Below, piece after piece: positions 36,032-45,124 of a stretch of DNA of 64,000 bases (within the stretch, counting starts at the first letter, position 1; each line of letters starts with the position of its first letter). A program made the position numbers and the translations under genes. The notes beneath the pieces were generated by a model. The model saw nothing but the letters and a program-made list of their open reading frames with translations. It ran no database searches and was not told the DNA's origin. Source of the DNA: Candidatus Omnitrophota bacterium (lineage in GTDB: Bacteria > Omnitrophota > Gorgyraeia > Gygaellales > Profunditerraquicolaceae); assembly GCA_035402765.1 (NCBI GenBank), contig DAONDX010000001.1, forward strand, positions 13,090 to 77,089, written 5' to 3'.

Positions 36032-36824
36032 TTGCAGAAATCCCCTGTTTAGCTATCACTACGCGTTTTATATTATTGTAATCTTTGATGATCTCCAGAA
36101 TATTAAAGCCCTGTCCAACACACAGCGCTCTGACCTGATTGGCCTGATTGGCCCCGACTTCCATAGCCAATAAACCATCTTGATTTAAATATGCAGCCGC
36201 CCGAAGAATAATTTTGCGGTAAAAATCCAAACCGTCAATACCGCCGGCTAAGGCTAAAGACGGCTCATAAGATATTTCTCTGGCCAACCCCCCTAACTCC
36301 TGCCTGGTGATATAGGGAGGATTGCTGATAATTAGATCAAATTTATCCCGATCTTCTTTTAACGCGCTAAAAATATCGGAATGTAAAAATTTAATTTTAA
36401 CTTTGTGCAAATCCGCGTTTTTTTTAGCTAATTGTAAAGCGCAAACAGAAATATCCGTAGCCCAAACTTGCGCCTGCGGCAATAGTTTAGCCGCTGAGAT
36501 AGCAATGCACCCGGAACCCGTACCCAGATCAAGAATCTTAAGCCGGCGGGTTTTACCCAGCGGCTTTAATTTCTCAAGCGCAGAACTTAATAAAATTTCA
36601 GTTTCCGGGCGGGGGATCAAAGCGCGTTTATCGACCTTAAATTCCAGGCCCATGAATTCAGTTGATCCTAAAATATACTGCAACGGTTCACCCGTAATCC
36701 TGCGCTTAAATATCCGGCAGGCTTGGGCAGATTTATTGCCGCCTAACCGTTTTTCTTTATTCAAATATAAAGACAACCGGTCACAATTTAAAATATGGCT
36801 GTAAACTAATTCCGCTTCGTTCAT
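36024..36824 (-). CDS. prmC: release-factor glutamine N5-methyltransferase
   Basis: SAM-binding motifs DLGTGSG and IISNPPY. 266 aa. Confidence 0.85.
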   Translation of the reverse strand: MNEAELVYSHILNCDRLSLYLNKEKRLGGNKSAQACRIFKRRITGEPLQYILGSTEFMGLEFKVDKRALIPRPETEILLSSALEKLKPLGKTRRLKILDLGTGSGCIAISAAKLLPQAQVWATDISVCALQLAKKNADLHKVKIKFLHSDIFSALKEDRDKFDLIISNPPYITRQELGGLAREISYEPSLALAGGIDGLDFYRKIILRAAAYLNQDGLLAMEVGANQANQVRALCVGQGFNILEIIKDYNNIKRVVIAKQGISANG

Positions 36825-36877
36825 GCGGCACCTTTATTGCTTAAGTTCTATACGCCCAAACTTTTGATATCCAAAGA

Positions 36878-37948
36878 TTAAACGCCGCGCTGCTGGCGTT
36901 TATTCTCTTGTTCTGCTTTCAATAAAGCCTCAAAAAGTTCATCCATCTGCCCCTCTAAAATCCCTTCCAATTGGTGAGAAGTAAAATTGATCCGGTGATC
37001 CGTGACCCGCCGGTCAGGATAGTTATAAGTCCGTATCTTTTCACTGCGGTCACCGCTGCCGATTTGAGTTTTCCGGGCACTGGATAATTTTTTTGCCTCA
37101 TTCTCAACCTTTACCTCTAAAATACGGGCGCGTAAGACTCTCATCGCCTTAGCTTTATTCTTAATTTGTGAACGCTCATCTTGACAAGCCACTACCGTAC
37201 CGGTGGGAATATGCGTAATCCTGACCGCGGAATCCGTTTTCTGCATGTGTTGTCCGCCGGGGCCGCTGGAACGGTAAGTATCAATCCTTAAGTCTTTTGG
37301 TTCAATCACTAAATCAATCTCTTCCGGTTCCATCAATACCGCCACCGTAGCTGTGGAGGTATGGATCCGCCCCTGGGATTCTGTCGTCGGCACCCGTTGC
37401 ACGCGATGTACCCCGCTTTCAAATTTCAAACAACGGTAAGAATCCTTTCCTTTTACGCTAAAAACTATTTCTTTAATCCCGCCGGCCTCATTAATACTGG
37501 AATACATCGGTTCAATAGTCCAGCCTTTGTTATCAGCATATTTAGAATACATCCGGTATAATACGGCCGCAAAAAGCCCGGCCTCATCGCCTCCGGTGCC
37601 CTGACGGATTTCCACGATACAGTCACGCCCGGCATCCTTATCTTCTCCGGCCAGGATTTTATCCAGTTTCCCCATCAGGATAGTTTTTTTCTCGGCTAAA
37701 ATCACCTGTTCGGCGCGGGCCAATTCGATAAACTCCTGCTCATGCTTACCCGCCATCACCGTTTCAAGATCGGCAATTTCTTTAAGCAAATCCTTATACT
37801 CCCGATATAAAGAAACCAGCGGCTTGATATCCGACAGCTCCTTAGCCAGCTTATTATAGGTCTGGCGGTCGCTGATCTGCTCATGGTTCCCCAAAAGCTG
37901 CTCCAGTTCCTGGTAACGGATAACAGATTTTTCTAGTTGTTTATACAT
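36878..37948 (-). CDS. prfA: peptide chain release factor 1
   Basis: GGQ motif SGPGGQHMQKTDSAV and a PxT-type decoding region. 356 aa. Confidence 0.95.
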   Translation of the reverse strand: MYKQLEKSVIRYQELEQLLGNHEQISDRQTYNKLAKELSDIKPLVSLYREYKDLLKEIADLETVMAGKHEQEFIELARAEQVILAEKKTILMGKLDKILAGEDKDAGRDCIVEIRQGTGGDEAGLFAAVLYRMYSKYADNKGWTIEPMYSSINEAGGIKEIVFSVKGKDSYRCLKFESGVHRVQRVPTTESQGRIHTSTATVAVLMEPEEIDLVIEPKDLRIDTYRSSGPGGQHMQKTDSAVRITHIPTGTVVACQDERSQIKNKAKAMRVLRARILEVKVENEAKKLSSARKTQIGSGDRSEKIRTYNYPDRRVTDHRINFTSHQLEGILEGQMDELFEALLKAEQENKRQQRGV

Positions 37949-38109
37949 TTAATGAGCGGACAACTTATGGAGGCCAAGCCGACATAAGTTGTAGCTCCGA
38001 TTTATCGGAGCGTCCGCGAATTAATACTGTGTCTGCGAGAAAATTCTAGAGAATTTTCGAGCGGGAAGACACAGCAACTTGTGAGTCCGCACTTAAATCA
38101 TTGGCGGAT
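37949..38109 (-). ncRNA. candidate structured cis-RNA element, copy 1 (fills the rpmE-prfA spacer)
   Basis: Nested inverted repeats: GCGGAC...GTCCGC, a 10-bp stem ACAACTTATG/CATAAGTTGT, GCTCCG-N6-CGGAGC, and AAAATTCTAGAGAATTTT. It shares the conserved block GCGTCCGCGAATTWAT and the AT palindrome with the second copy at 51350-51501. Confidence 0.45.
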
Positions 38110-38316
38110 TTATTTATTCTTCTTGGCGTATTTCTTGACAAACTTATCCACGCGGCCGGCAGAATCCACTAATTTTTGCTTACCGGTAAAAAACGGATGG
38201 CATTTCGAACAAATTTCCACCCGGATGCTTGGCTTAGTGGAACGGGTATGCACCGTCTCACCGCAAGCGCAGATAATCGTACTTTCTTTGTAGTTAGGAT
38301 GAATTTTCTCTTTCAT
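38110..38316 (-). CDS. rpmE: 50S ribosomal protein L31
   Basis: 68 aa beginning MKEKIHPNY with the zinc ribbon C..C...C..C. Confidence 0.9.
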   Translation of the reverse strand: MKEKIHPNYKESTIICACGETVHTRSTKPSIRVEICSKCHPFFTGKQKLVDSAGRVDKFVKKYAKKNK

Positions 38317-38390
38317 TTTGACCCCTTTCTCTGTTTGTTGTTTTTAAATACTTTTCGGTTAATACTGCCGCTTCTTATTGCGGCAATAGT

Positions 38391-39650
38391 TTATTTTTGA
38401 TTCATACTGTTTAAAAATTCTTCATTATTCTTTGTTTTACTTAACTTTTCGATCAACAACTCCATGGCTTCCACGTTATTCAACTCATTTAGAACCTTTC
38501 TTAAGATCCAGGTTTTGCTTAACACATCCGGCTTAACTAAGAGCTCCTCGTGGCGGGTATTTGAACGCTTAATATCAATGGCCGGATAAATTCTGCGCTG
38601 GAAAAGATTACGATCCAGTTGAGTCTCCATGTTGCCGGTTCCTTTAAACTCTTCAAAGATAACCTCATCCATCCGGCTTCCCGTATCCACCAGGGCCGTA
38701 GCAATAATCGTCAAGCTTCCGCCTTCATCTACCGCGCGGGCGGCGCCAAAGAATCTCTTGGGTTTCTGCAGGGCATTAGAATCAATACCGCCGGAGAGAA
38801 CTTTTCCGCTGTGCGGAACCACAGAGTTATAAGCCCTGGCCAGACGCGTAATACTATCCAGAAGCACAACCACGTCACGCTTATGCTCAACCAGGCGCTT
38901 GGCTTTTTCTAAAACAATTTCAGCAACCTGCACGTGGCGTTCCGGCGGCTCATCAAAGGTGGAAGAGATAACTTCCCCTTTAACATTACGCTGCATATCC
39001 GTAACTTCTTCCGGACGCTCATCAATTAACAGAACGATCAGGATCACATCCGGATTATTACTGGTGATGGCGTTAGCGATTTTCTGCAACAGGACAGTTT
39101 TCCCGCTATAAGGCTGCGCAACGATCAAACCACGTTGCCCTTTACCGATCGGCGTAAGCAGGCTCATGATCCGCATAGATATTTCATCGGGTTTTGTCTC
39201 CATATTGAACGGCTCACGCGGATAAACCGGGGTAAGATTATCAAAAAGCACTTTTTCTTTTACTTCATCGGGATTTTCAAAATTTACCGCTTCAACCTTA
39301 AGCAAGGCAAAATATTTTTCCCCTTCCTTAGGCGGACGGATCTGGCCGCTGACCGTATCTCCGGTACGCAGTTCAAATTTTCTGATCTGCGAAGGAGAAA
39401 TATAGATATCATCCGGACAAGGAAGATAATTATAGTTGGGGCTGCGTAAAAAACCAAACCCTTCGGAAAGTATTTCCAATACCCCCTCCCCAAACATCAA
39501 TCCTTCTTTTTCAGCCTGAGCCTGAAGAATTTTAAAAATCAGATCCTGTTTTTTTAACCCGCTGGTACCATTGGCATTTAATTCACGAGCCAACTTGTTC
39601 AATTCACTAATCTTCATTTCTTTTAGATTTTTGATGTCTAACTTTTCCAC
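38391..39650 (-). CDS. rho: transcription termination factor Rho
   Basis: 419 aa with an N-terminal RNA-binding domain, the RecA-like ATPase [15 protein letters not shown] and the Q and R loops. Confidence 0.95.
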   Translation of the reverse strand: MEKLDIKNLKEMKISELNKLARELNANGTSGLKKQDLIFKILQAQAEKEGLMFGEGVLEILSEGFGFLRSPNYNYLPCPDDIYISPSQIRKFELRTGDTVSGQIRPPKEGEKYFALLKVEAVNFENPDEVKEKVLFDNLTPVYPREPFNMETKPDEISMRIMSLLTPIGKGQRGLIVAQPYSGKTVLLQKIANAITSNNPDVILIVLLIDERPEEVTDMQRNVKGEVISSTFDEPPERHVQVAEIVLEKAKRLVEHKRDVVVLLDSITRLARAYNSVVPHSGKVLSGGIDSNALQKPKRFFGAARAVDEGGSLTIIATALVDTGSRMDEVIFEEFKGTGNMETQLDRNLFQRRIYPAIDIKRSNTRHEELLVKPDVLSKTWILRKVLNELNNVEAMELLIEKLSKTKNNEEFLNSMNQK

Positions 39651-40246
39651 AACTGCCTCCGTATTTTAACAACTTGTTTCTGGGTTTTACTTAAATAGCT
39701 GCTATTATCTATGATAAAATCCGCAAAACGTGACTTTGCCCTTTGCGAAATCTGGGATTTCATTCTTAAAATTACCTGCTGTTTTGTAAGTTTCCGGCTC
39801 TTGCGGGTACGTAGAATTTGTTGTTCTCTTTTTGCGGTTACCACGACCAACTTATCTACGATATTTGCTAACCCTGTTTCAATAATTAAAGCCGCATCCA
39901 GAATAACCATACTTTTATTCGAATTACGGATGCGCCGCTTAATCTGCCGGATCAATTCCGGATGCATAATCCGATTGAGCCTGGCTAAAGCTGATGGATC
40001 GCAAAAAACAATTTCCGCCAATTTGACCCGGTCGATGTCATTATCCGCTTTAAGGATTCCCCGGCCAAAAGATTTTACTATTTTCCTGTAAGTAGCACTG
40101 CCGCGGAATAAAAGTTTGTGCCCCAGGCAATCGGCATCGATCAGCAAGCTATCTTTGGTTTTAAAAAAACCAGCGACTGTGCTTTTACCGCAGCCGATAT
40201 TACCGGTGATCCCTAAAATCAACTTATTTCTTCTTGGCTTTGGCAT
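39638..40246 (-). CDS. coaE: dephospho-CoA kinase
   Basis: P-loop [15 protein letters not shown] placed the start at the ATG at 40246 ([15 protein letters not shown]). The track start at 40303 and an ATG at 40258 are alternatives; all three overlap the glgA 3' end. Confidence 0.75.
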   Translation of the reverse strand: MPKPRRNKLILGITGNIGCGKSTVAGFFKTKDSLLIDADCLGHKLLFRGSATYRKIVKSFGRGILKADNDIDRVKLAEIVFCDPSALARLNRIMHPELIRQIKRRIRNSNKSMVILDAALIIETGLANIVDKLVVVTAKREQQILRTRKSRKLTKQQVILRMKSQISQRAKSRFADFIIDNSSYLSKTQKQVVKIRRQLWKS

Positions 40247-41612
40247 ATAACTGGACATACTTATCCGCTGATACCTTCCAGGAAAAATTACACTCCATAG
40301 CATGGCTAACCAAAGATGCCCATTTCTTTTTATTCTTGAACACCAGCCTGGCTTTATTGATTAATTTTAGTAACTCTTGCTTGGTATACCGGCTAAACAC
40401 AAAACCGTTATTCCGGTTGATGGTATCGGCCAATCCTCCGGTTTTAAAAACCAGCGGGATCGTCCCGTAGTGCAGGCTGATCAACTGCCCTAATCCGCAA
40501 GGCTCATATTGAGAAGGCATAAGAAAGATATCGCTGCCCGCGTAAATTTTATGCGCCAGAGGATCGTCAAATTTTAAATTCAATGAAATAACTTTTGGGT
40601 ATTTTGCGGCCGCACTTTTTAAAAGCTCCTGATATTTTAAATCTCCCGCTCCCAGAATCACTAACTGGATATCCATTTTGCAAAGCTCATCTAAGCCTTC
40701 GACAAAAATATCCAAACCCTTCTGTTCAGCCAGGCGGGAAACCATCCCCAGAACCGGTATATTTTTGTCTACCGGCAACGAGCAGGTTTTTTGTAAATCC
40801 TCTTTATTAAAAGATTTATTTTCCGGATTAGCCAGGGAATAATTCTGCATAATAAATCCATCGGTATTAGGATCCCAAACCGAATAATCGACACCGTTTA
40901 AAATGCCGCTTAAAACATTACTGCGTTCTTTCAAGAGCCCCTCTAAACCAAACCCCAGTTCTTTGGTTTGAATTTCATCAGCGTAAGTGGGACTAACGGT
41001 ATTTATAAAATCGGCAAAAACTATCCCCCCTTTGAGCAAATTCACTTTGTTATAAAATTCAAAACCGTCGATCCCGAAAAGTTTCCAGTCCAGACCAAGC
41101 TTCGAAAACTCTTCTTTAGCAAAAACCCCCTGATAACCGATATTATGCAGGGTGAGAACACACTTCATCCGTTTATAAAAACTTATTTCTGAATATAAGT
41201 TCTTCAAATACGCCGCAATTAAGCTAGCCTGCCAATCATGTAAATGCAGGATATCGGCGGGGAAATTTATTTCTTTTAATAGATCCAGGGACCGGCGGCA
41301 AAAAAAAGCAAACCTTTCTAAATTATCCGGGTAATCACCGTTTCTATCGCCATAAAGACCTTCGCGGTTAAAATATTCTTTATTTTCAATAAAAAAGACT
41401 TTGATATCCTTTCCGATCACCGCTGACGATACATCTTTGGAAATTCGGGTGATTTTTATTTTAGCATCCGTAATACATTTATACCCGGGCATGATCACAA
41501 TTATTTCATGGCCGCAGTACTCCAGGGCTAGAGGCAAAGCTCCGGCCACATCCGCCAGGCCTCCGGTTTTAGCAAAAGGTACCACCTCTGAAGCAAACAT
41601 CGCTATCTTCAT
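40224..41612 (-). CDS. glgA: glycogen synthase (ADP-glucose type, GT5)
   Basis: N-terminal MKIAMFASEVVPFAKTGGLADVAGALP. 462 aa. Confidence 0.9.
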   Translation of the reverse strand: MKIAMFASEVVPFAKTGGLADVAGALPLALEYCGHEIIVIMPGYKCITDAKIKITRISKDVSSAVIGKDIKVFFIENKEYFNREGLYGDRNGDYPDNLERFAFFCRRSLDLLKEINFPADILHLHDWQASLIAAYLKNLYSEISFYKRMKCVLTLHNIGYQGVFAKEEFSKLGLDWKLFGIDGFEFYNKVNLLKGGIVFADFINTVSPTYADEIQTKELGFGLEGLLKERSNVLSGILNGVDYSVWDPNTDGFIMQNYSLANPENKSFNKEDLQKTCSLPVDKNIPVLGMVSRLAEQKGLDIFVEGLDELCKMDIQLVILGAGDLKYQELLKSAAAKYPKVISLNLKFDDPLAHKIYAGSDIFLMPSQYEPCGLGQLISLHYGTIPLVFKTGGLADTINRNNGFVFSRYTKQELLKLINKARLVFKNKKKWASLVSHAMECNFSWKVSADKYVQLYAKAKKK

Positions 41613-44173
41613 GAACTTACCTCCTCTCTTGATGAAAACGCTGACATCTCCAACCAGTTGGCTCCTTTTTTCATATCTACTTTTACAGGTACATTTAATT
41701 TCATAACATTCTCCATTTCATTTTTAACCAGCCCGGCTAAAATATCCAATTCCGAGATCGGCAGGTCAAAAACCAGTTCATCGTGAATCTGTAAAATCAT
41801 TTTAGCTTTCAAATTCCTGCTTGTAATCTGCGCGGCGATCTTAATCATCGCCAACTTAATTAAATCACTGGCTGTCCCCTGAATCGGAGTATTTACCGCC
41901 TGGCGTTGAGCAAACTGCCGCAACCCTATATTTTTATTATTAATTTCCGGAATATACCTTCTTCTGCCTAATAGCGTAACCACAAAACCTTCCTCTTGCG
42001 CCTTTTTGATCTGCGCCTCGATAAATTCTCTGACTTTAGGATAACGTAAGAAATAGGCGTCAATAAAATCCTGCGCCTGCCTTACCGGGATCCCTAAATC
42101 TTTGCTTAAGCCAAAGGCGCTTTGGCCGTAAATAATGCCGAAATTTACTCTTTTAGCTACTTCGCGCATCCTTTCCTCAACTTTGGATTCAGGAAGGTTA
42201 CAGATCAATGAAGCGGTAAGCCGGTGCACATCCTGATGTTTGTGAAAAGCTGCAACCAGCGTAGGATCGCCGCATAAATGCGCTAAAACCCTCAATTCAA
42301 TTTGCGAATAATCACAAGAGAGCAGGCAATTGTTTTTTCCGGAAGTAATAATTGCCTGCCTGATCTTCGCTCCGATATCGGTCTTAATCGGTATATTCTG
42401 TAAATTCGGATTGCTGGAACTAAGCCTGCCGGTCTCCGTACCGGTCTGATTAAAAGAAGTATGCACCCTGCCGTTAGAAGGATCAACTAACTTAGGCAAA
42501 GCATCCACATAAGTATTTTTTAGTTTAGTTAATTGCCGATACTCCAATAATAAAACCGGCAAGGCATGCTTTTCCGCCAGCCTCTTAAGCACCTCTTCAT
42601 CCGTAGACGGGCCGGTTTTAGTTTTTTTAATTACCGGCAGGGCCAGCTTTTCAAAGAGAACCTGGCCTAATTGTTTAGGCGAGTTAATATTAAACTGCGT
42701 ACCGCTGGCCTGGTAAATATCCGAAATCAATTTAATCAATCGATGCTCAATATCACGCGAAAGATTATTCAGCAATTCTAAATCCAGTTTGATCCCATCC
42801 TGTTCCATCACCGCCAAAATACCCACCAGGGGCATTTCAAGATCAAAGAATAATTTAGAGAGGCTTTTCTCCCCTAAAGCCTGTAAAAGAAAAGGTTTTA
42901 ATCTGACGGTTAAAGCCAATGCCTCCTTGGCATCCAAAGATCCCGGACGGATAAATTCCCCTAAATTTTCTAAAGCTAAATCCTCTAACGCATAACTTGA
43001 GCGCGAAGGATTTAACAAATACGCCGCGATCATCACATCAAAATCTATGCCATTTAATATCCAGCCTTCTTTAAATAAAGAAACTTTCAATTTTTTAAGG
43101 TCATGGCCTGTCTTTTTTATCCGGGGATCGGCAAGCGCTGCCCGTAAAGCCGTCCGGACCGGTTTGGCGCTAAAAAATTTTCCCTTAACGGCAAAATATA
43201 GATCTTCGGAACTGCTTCCGTAAATAGCGATCTCATCGCCATGCTTAAGCATGGCGGACAGCTCTTCCTGATCACAATCGCAGAGGCTGGTTGAAACAGT
43301 CTTATCCTGACAAGCAAGCGGCAATTCACTTAATAGTTTCTTAAACTCCAGTTTTTTAAAAACACTGGCTAACCTGGGATAATCCGGCTGGCCGGTTTTA
43401 GCTTTTTCTAAATCCAAATCCAGATCCAGCGCCTGATCCAAAGTAATCAGTTCTTTATTTAAATTTATTTGTTCCCGATGCTCAAGGATCATCGCTTTGA
43501 TCTTTTCAGGTGTAATTTTGGCAATATTCTTGATTAGTTTTTCCAAAGAACCAAATTCCAGAATAAGCTTTTGAGCAGTTTTATCTCCGATCCCCGGAAC
43601 CCCCGGAATATTATCCGCAGCATCACCCATCAAGGCGATAATATCCACCACTTGCTCCGGAGCAACCCCAAAACGCTCCTTCACTTTAGCGGTATCATAA
43701 AATACCCCGCTATCTTTATGCGGGCTGAATACCGAAATATTTTTATCTACTAATTGCAGGATATCTTTATCGCTGCTGACAATAGTCACCGCTAATGACT
43801 CAGCGGCGGCTTTTTTAGCCAACGCCGCGATCAGATCATCGGCTTCAAAACCCGCTTTCTCAAAGATCGGCACTCCGTAAGCTGCGATCACCTCTTTAAT
43901 TAAAGGGATCTGGCTAATGAGAGCATCCGGCATAGCCGGCCTTTGCATTTTATATTGCGCAAACTTCTTCTGGCGGAAAGTTTCCCGTGAGAGGTCAAAA
44001 CAACAAACCAGATAATCGGGTTTTTGTTCTTTTAATATTTTGTTAAGAATGTTTATAAATCCGTAAACAGCGTTTGTCGGCTGCCCGGCGGCGGTACTTA
44101 AAACCTTTAAAGCATAAAAAGCCCGGTAACAAAATGCAGTGGCATCAATCAAGAAAAAACTTTTTTTAGCCAT
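41609..44173 (-). CDS. polA: DNA polymerase I
   Basis: 854 aa with a 5'-3' exonuclease domain, a 3'-5' exo-like domain and polymerase motifs A (DYSQIELR), B (RRxAKxxNFGxxYG) and C (HDE). Confidence 0.95.
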   Translation of the reverse strand: MAKKSFFLIDATAFCYRAFYALKVLSTAAGQPTNAVYGFINILNKILKEQKPDYLVCCFDLSRETFRQKKFAQYKMQRPAMPDALISQIPLIKEVIAAYGVPIFEKAGFEADDLIAALAKKAAAESLAVTIVSSDKDILQLVDKNISVFSPHKDSGVFYDTAKVKERFGVAPEQVVDIIALMGDAADNIPGVPGIGDKTAQKLILEFGSLEKLIKNIAKITPEKIKAMILEHREQINLNKELITLDQALDLDLDLEKAKTGQPDYPRLASVFKKLEFKKLLSELPLACQDKTVSTSLCDCDQEELSAMLKHGDEIAIYGSSSEDLYFAVKGKFFSAKPVRTALRAALADPRIKKTGHDLKKLKVSLFKEGWILNGIDFDVMIAAYLLNPSRSSYALEDLALENLGEFIRPGSLDAKEALALTVRLKPFLLQALGEKSLSKLFFDLEMPLVGILAVMEQDGIKLDLELLNNLSRDIEHRLIKLISDIYQASGTQFNINSPKQLGQVLFEKLALPVIKKTKTGPSTDEEVLKRLAEKHALPVLLLEYRQLTKLKNTYVDALPKLVDPSNGRVHTSFNQTGTETGRLSSSNPNLQNIPIKTDIGAKIRQAIITSGKNNCLLSCDYSQIELRVLAHLCGDPTLVAAFHKHQDVHRLTASLICNLPESKVEERMREVAKRVNFGIIYGQSAFGLSKDLGIPVRQAQDFIDAYFLRYPKVREFIEAQIKKAQEEGFVVTLLGRRRYIPEINNKNIGLRQFAQRQAVNTPIQGTASDLIKLAMIKIAAQITSRNLKAKMILQIHDELVFDLPISELDILAGLVKNEMENVMKLNVPVKVDMKKGANWLEMSAFSSREEVSS

Positions 44174-44228
44174 TAATTATTATATATTTAAGGAATTCAA
44201 TGTAAGGAAAGAGTTTTGCGGTACGTTT

Positions 44229-44987
44229 CTATCGCGTCAGAGCCCTTAGCTCTGCCTTCTCAATAAATGCTTCAATCTCCGGATTCTCCTGATCTAGGTA
44301 CTGCGCATCCAATGCTTCTTTAATGGCCGTCGCCATATCCCCTCTGTCAAAACTTTGTTTCGCTTTTTTAAAGAGTTCTTTCGAGACATTCTCGTCTTCT
44401 TGGATAAATTCGGTTTTATTGCTGGCAATATCTTTCATCAACCCTAAGACTTCTGCTTCCCGTTCATCAGCAAAAGGTTTACCGGATAAAGACATGCGGA
44501 TATCCCGCAGCCGATTGGCGGCTTTCTGCGTCCAGGGATCATCCGGAGCACCTGTCTGAACACGTTTATCCCAATAAAAAGCCGCCTTTTCAAAGTTACG
44601 CTGGCCTTCATAAAACAAAGCTAAATTGGAATAAGCGCTGGAATAAAGCGGATCAATCTTAATTGACTTTAAATAATTTTCCTCGGCCCGGGCAAGCGAA
44701 CCCATTAATTCATAAACTACGCCGATATCATTAAAGGCCTCAGCAAAATTAGGATATATCGCTACAGCTTTTTGATAAAGACTCAAAGCCTGTTCTATAT
44801 TACCCATCCGCTGATATTCTAAACCCTGTTCCCGATATTTTATAGCGGACTGATGCTTCGAACCAGCTAGATCACCAGCCATAGAAGCACCTTTTAGTTC
44901 CTGAGCTAAAGCTGAACCCGAAAAACCAAGAACATATGATATTGCGATTACAGTAATTATGAGTTTAGGCGGGAGAGAATTATTCAT
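44229..44987 (-). CDS. tetratricopeptide-repeat protein with a signal peptide
   Basis: A signal peptide followed by TPR repeats (ALSLYQKAVAIYPNFAEAF, AEENYLKSIKIDP, etc.). Confidence 0.7.
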   Translation of the reverse strand: MNNSLPPKLIITVIAISYVLGFSGSALAQELKGASMAGDLAGSKHQSAIKYREQGLEYQRMGNIEQALSLYQKAVAIYPNFAEAFNDIGVVYELMGSLARAEENYLKSIKIDPLYSSAYSNLALFYEGQRNFEKAAFYWDKRVQTGAPDDPWTQKAANRLRDIRMSLSGKPFADEREAEVLGLMKDIASNKTEFIQEDENVSKELFKKAKQSFDRGDMATAIKEALDAQYLDQENPEIEAFIEKAELRALTR

Positions 44988-45000
44988 TTATCTGTTAATT

Positions 45001-45028
45001 ATTATATACATTTAAATGTAGCCGTCAA
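45001..45028 (-). promoter_or_regulatory. candidate sigma70-type promoter TTGACG-16-TATAAT, 13 nt upstream of the TPR-gene ATG (near-leaderless)
   Basis: The reverse-complement reads TTGACGGCTACATTTAAATGTATATAAT followed by AATTAACAGATAA and the ATG. There is no SD. Confidence 0.4.
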
Positions 45029-45124
45029 GAAGAATTTAAACACTTTGTAGCTTTTATCTGGCGGAATTCTGCCAGCCGGTTTAGAACTCTTAGGCCTAAA
45101 AACCGGGCAGAATCCCTGGATACC

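Noticed and set aside
37949-38109. The paired structured elements (37949-38109 and 51350-51501) as MITE or insertion-sequence remnants, or as a c-di-GMP-I riboswitch (shared GGACGC...GC block)
   Set aside because: There are no terminal inverted repeats or target-site duplications. The copies differ by compensatory stem changes rather than random divergence. Both fill r-protein/RF leaders exactly. The GEMM-like resemblance is limited to a 6-nt block without the rest of the consensus.
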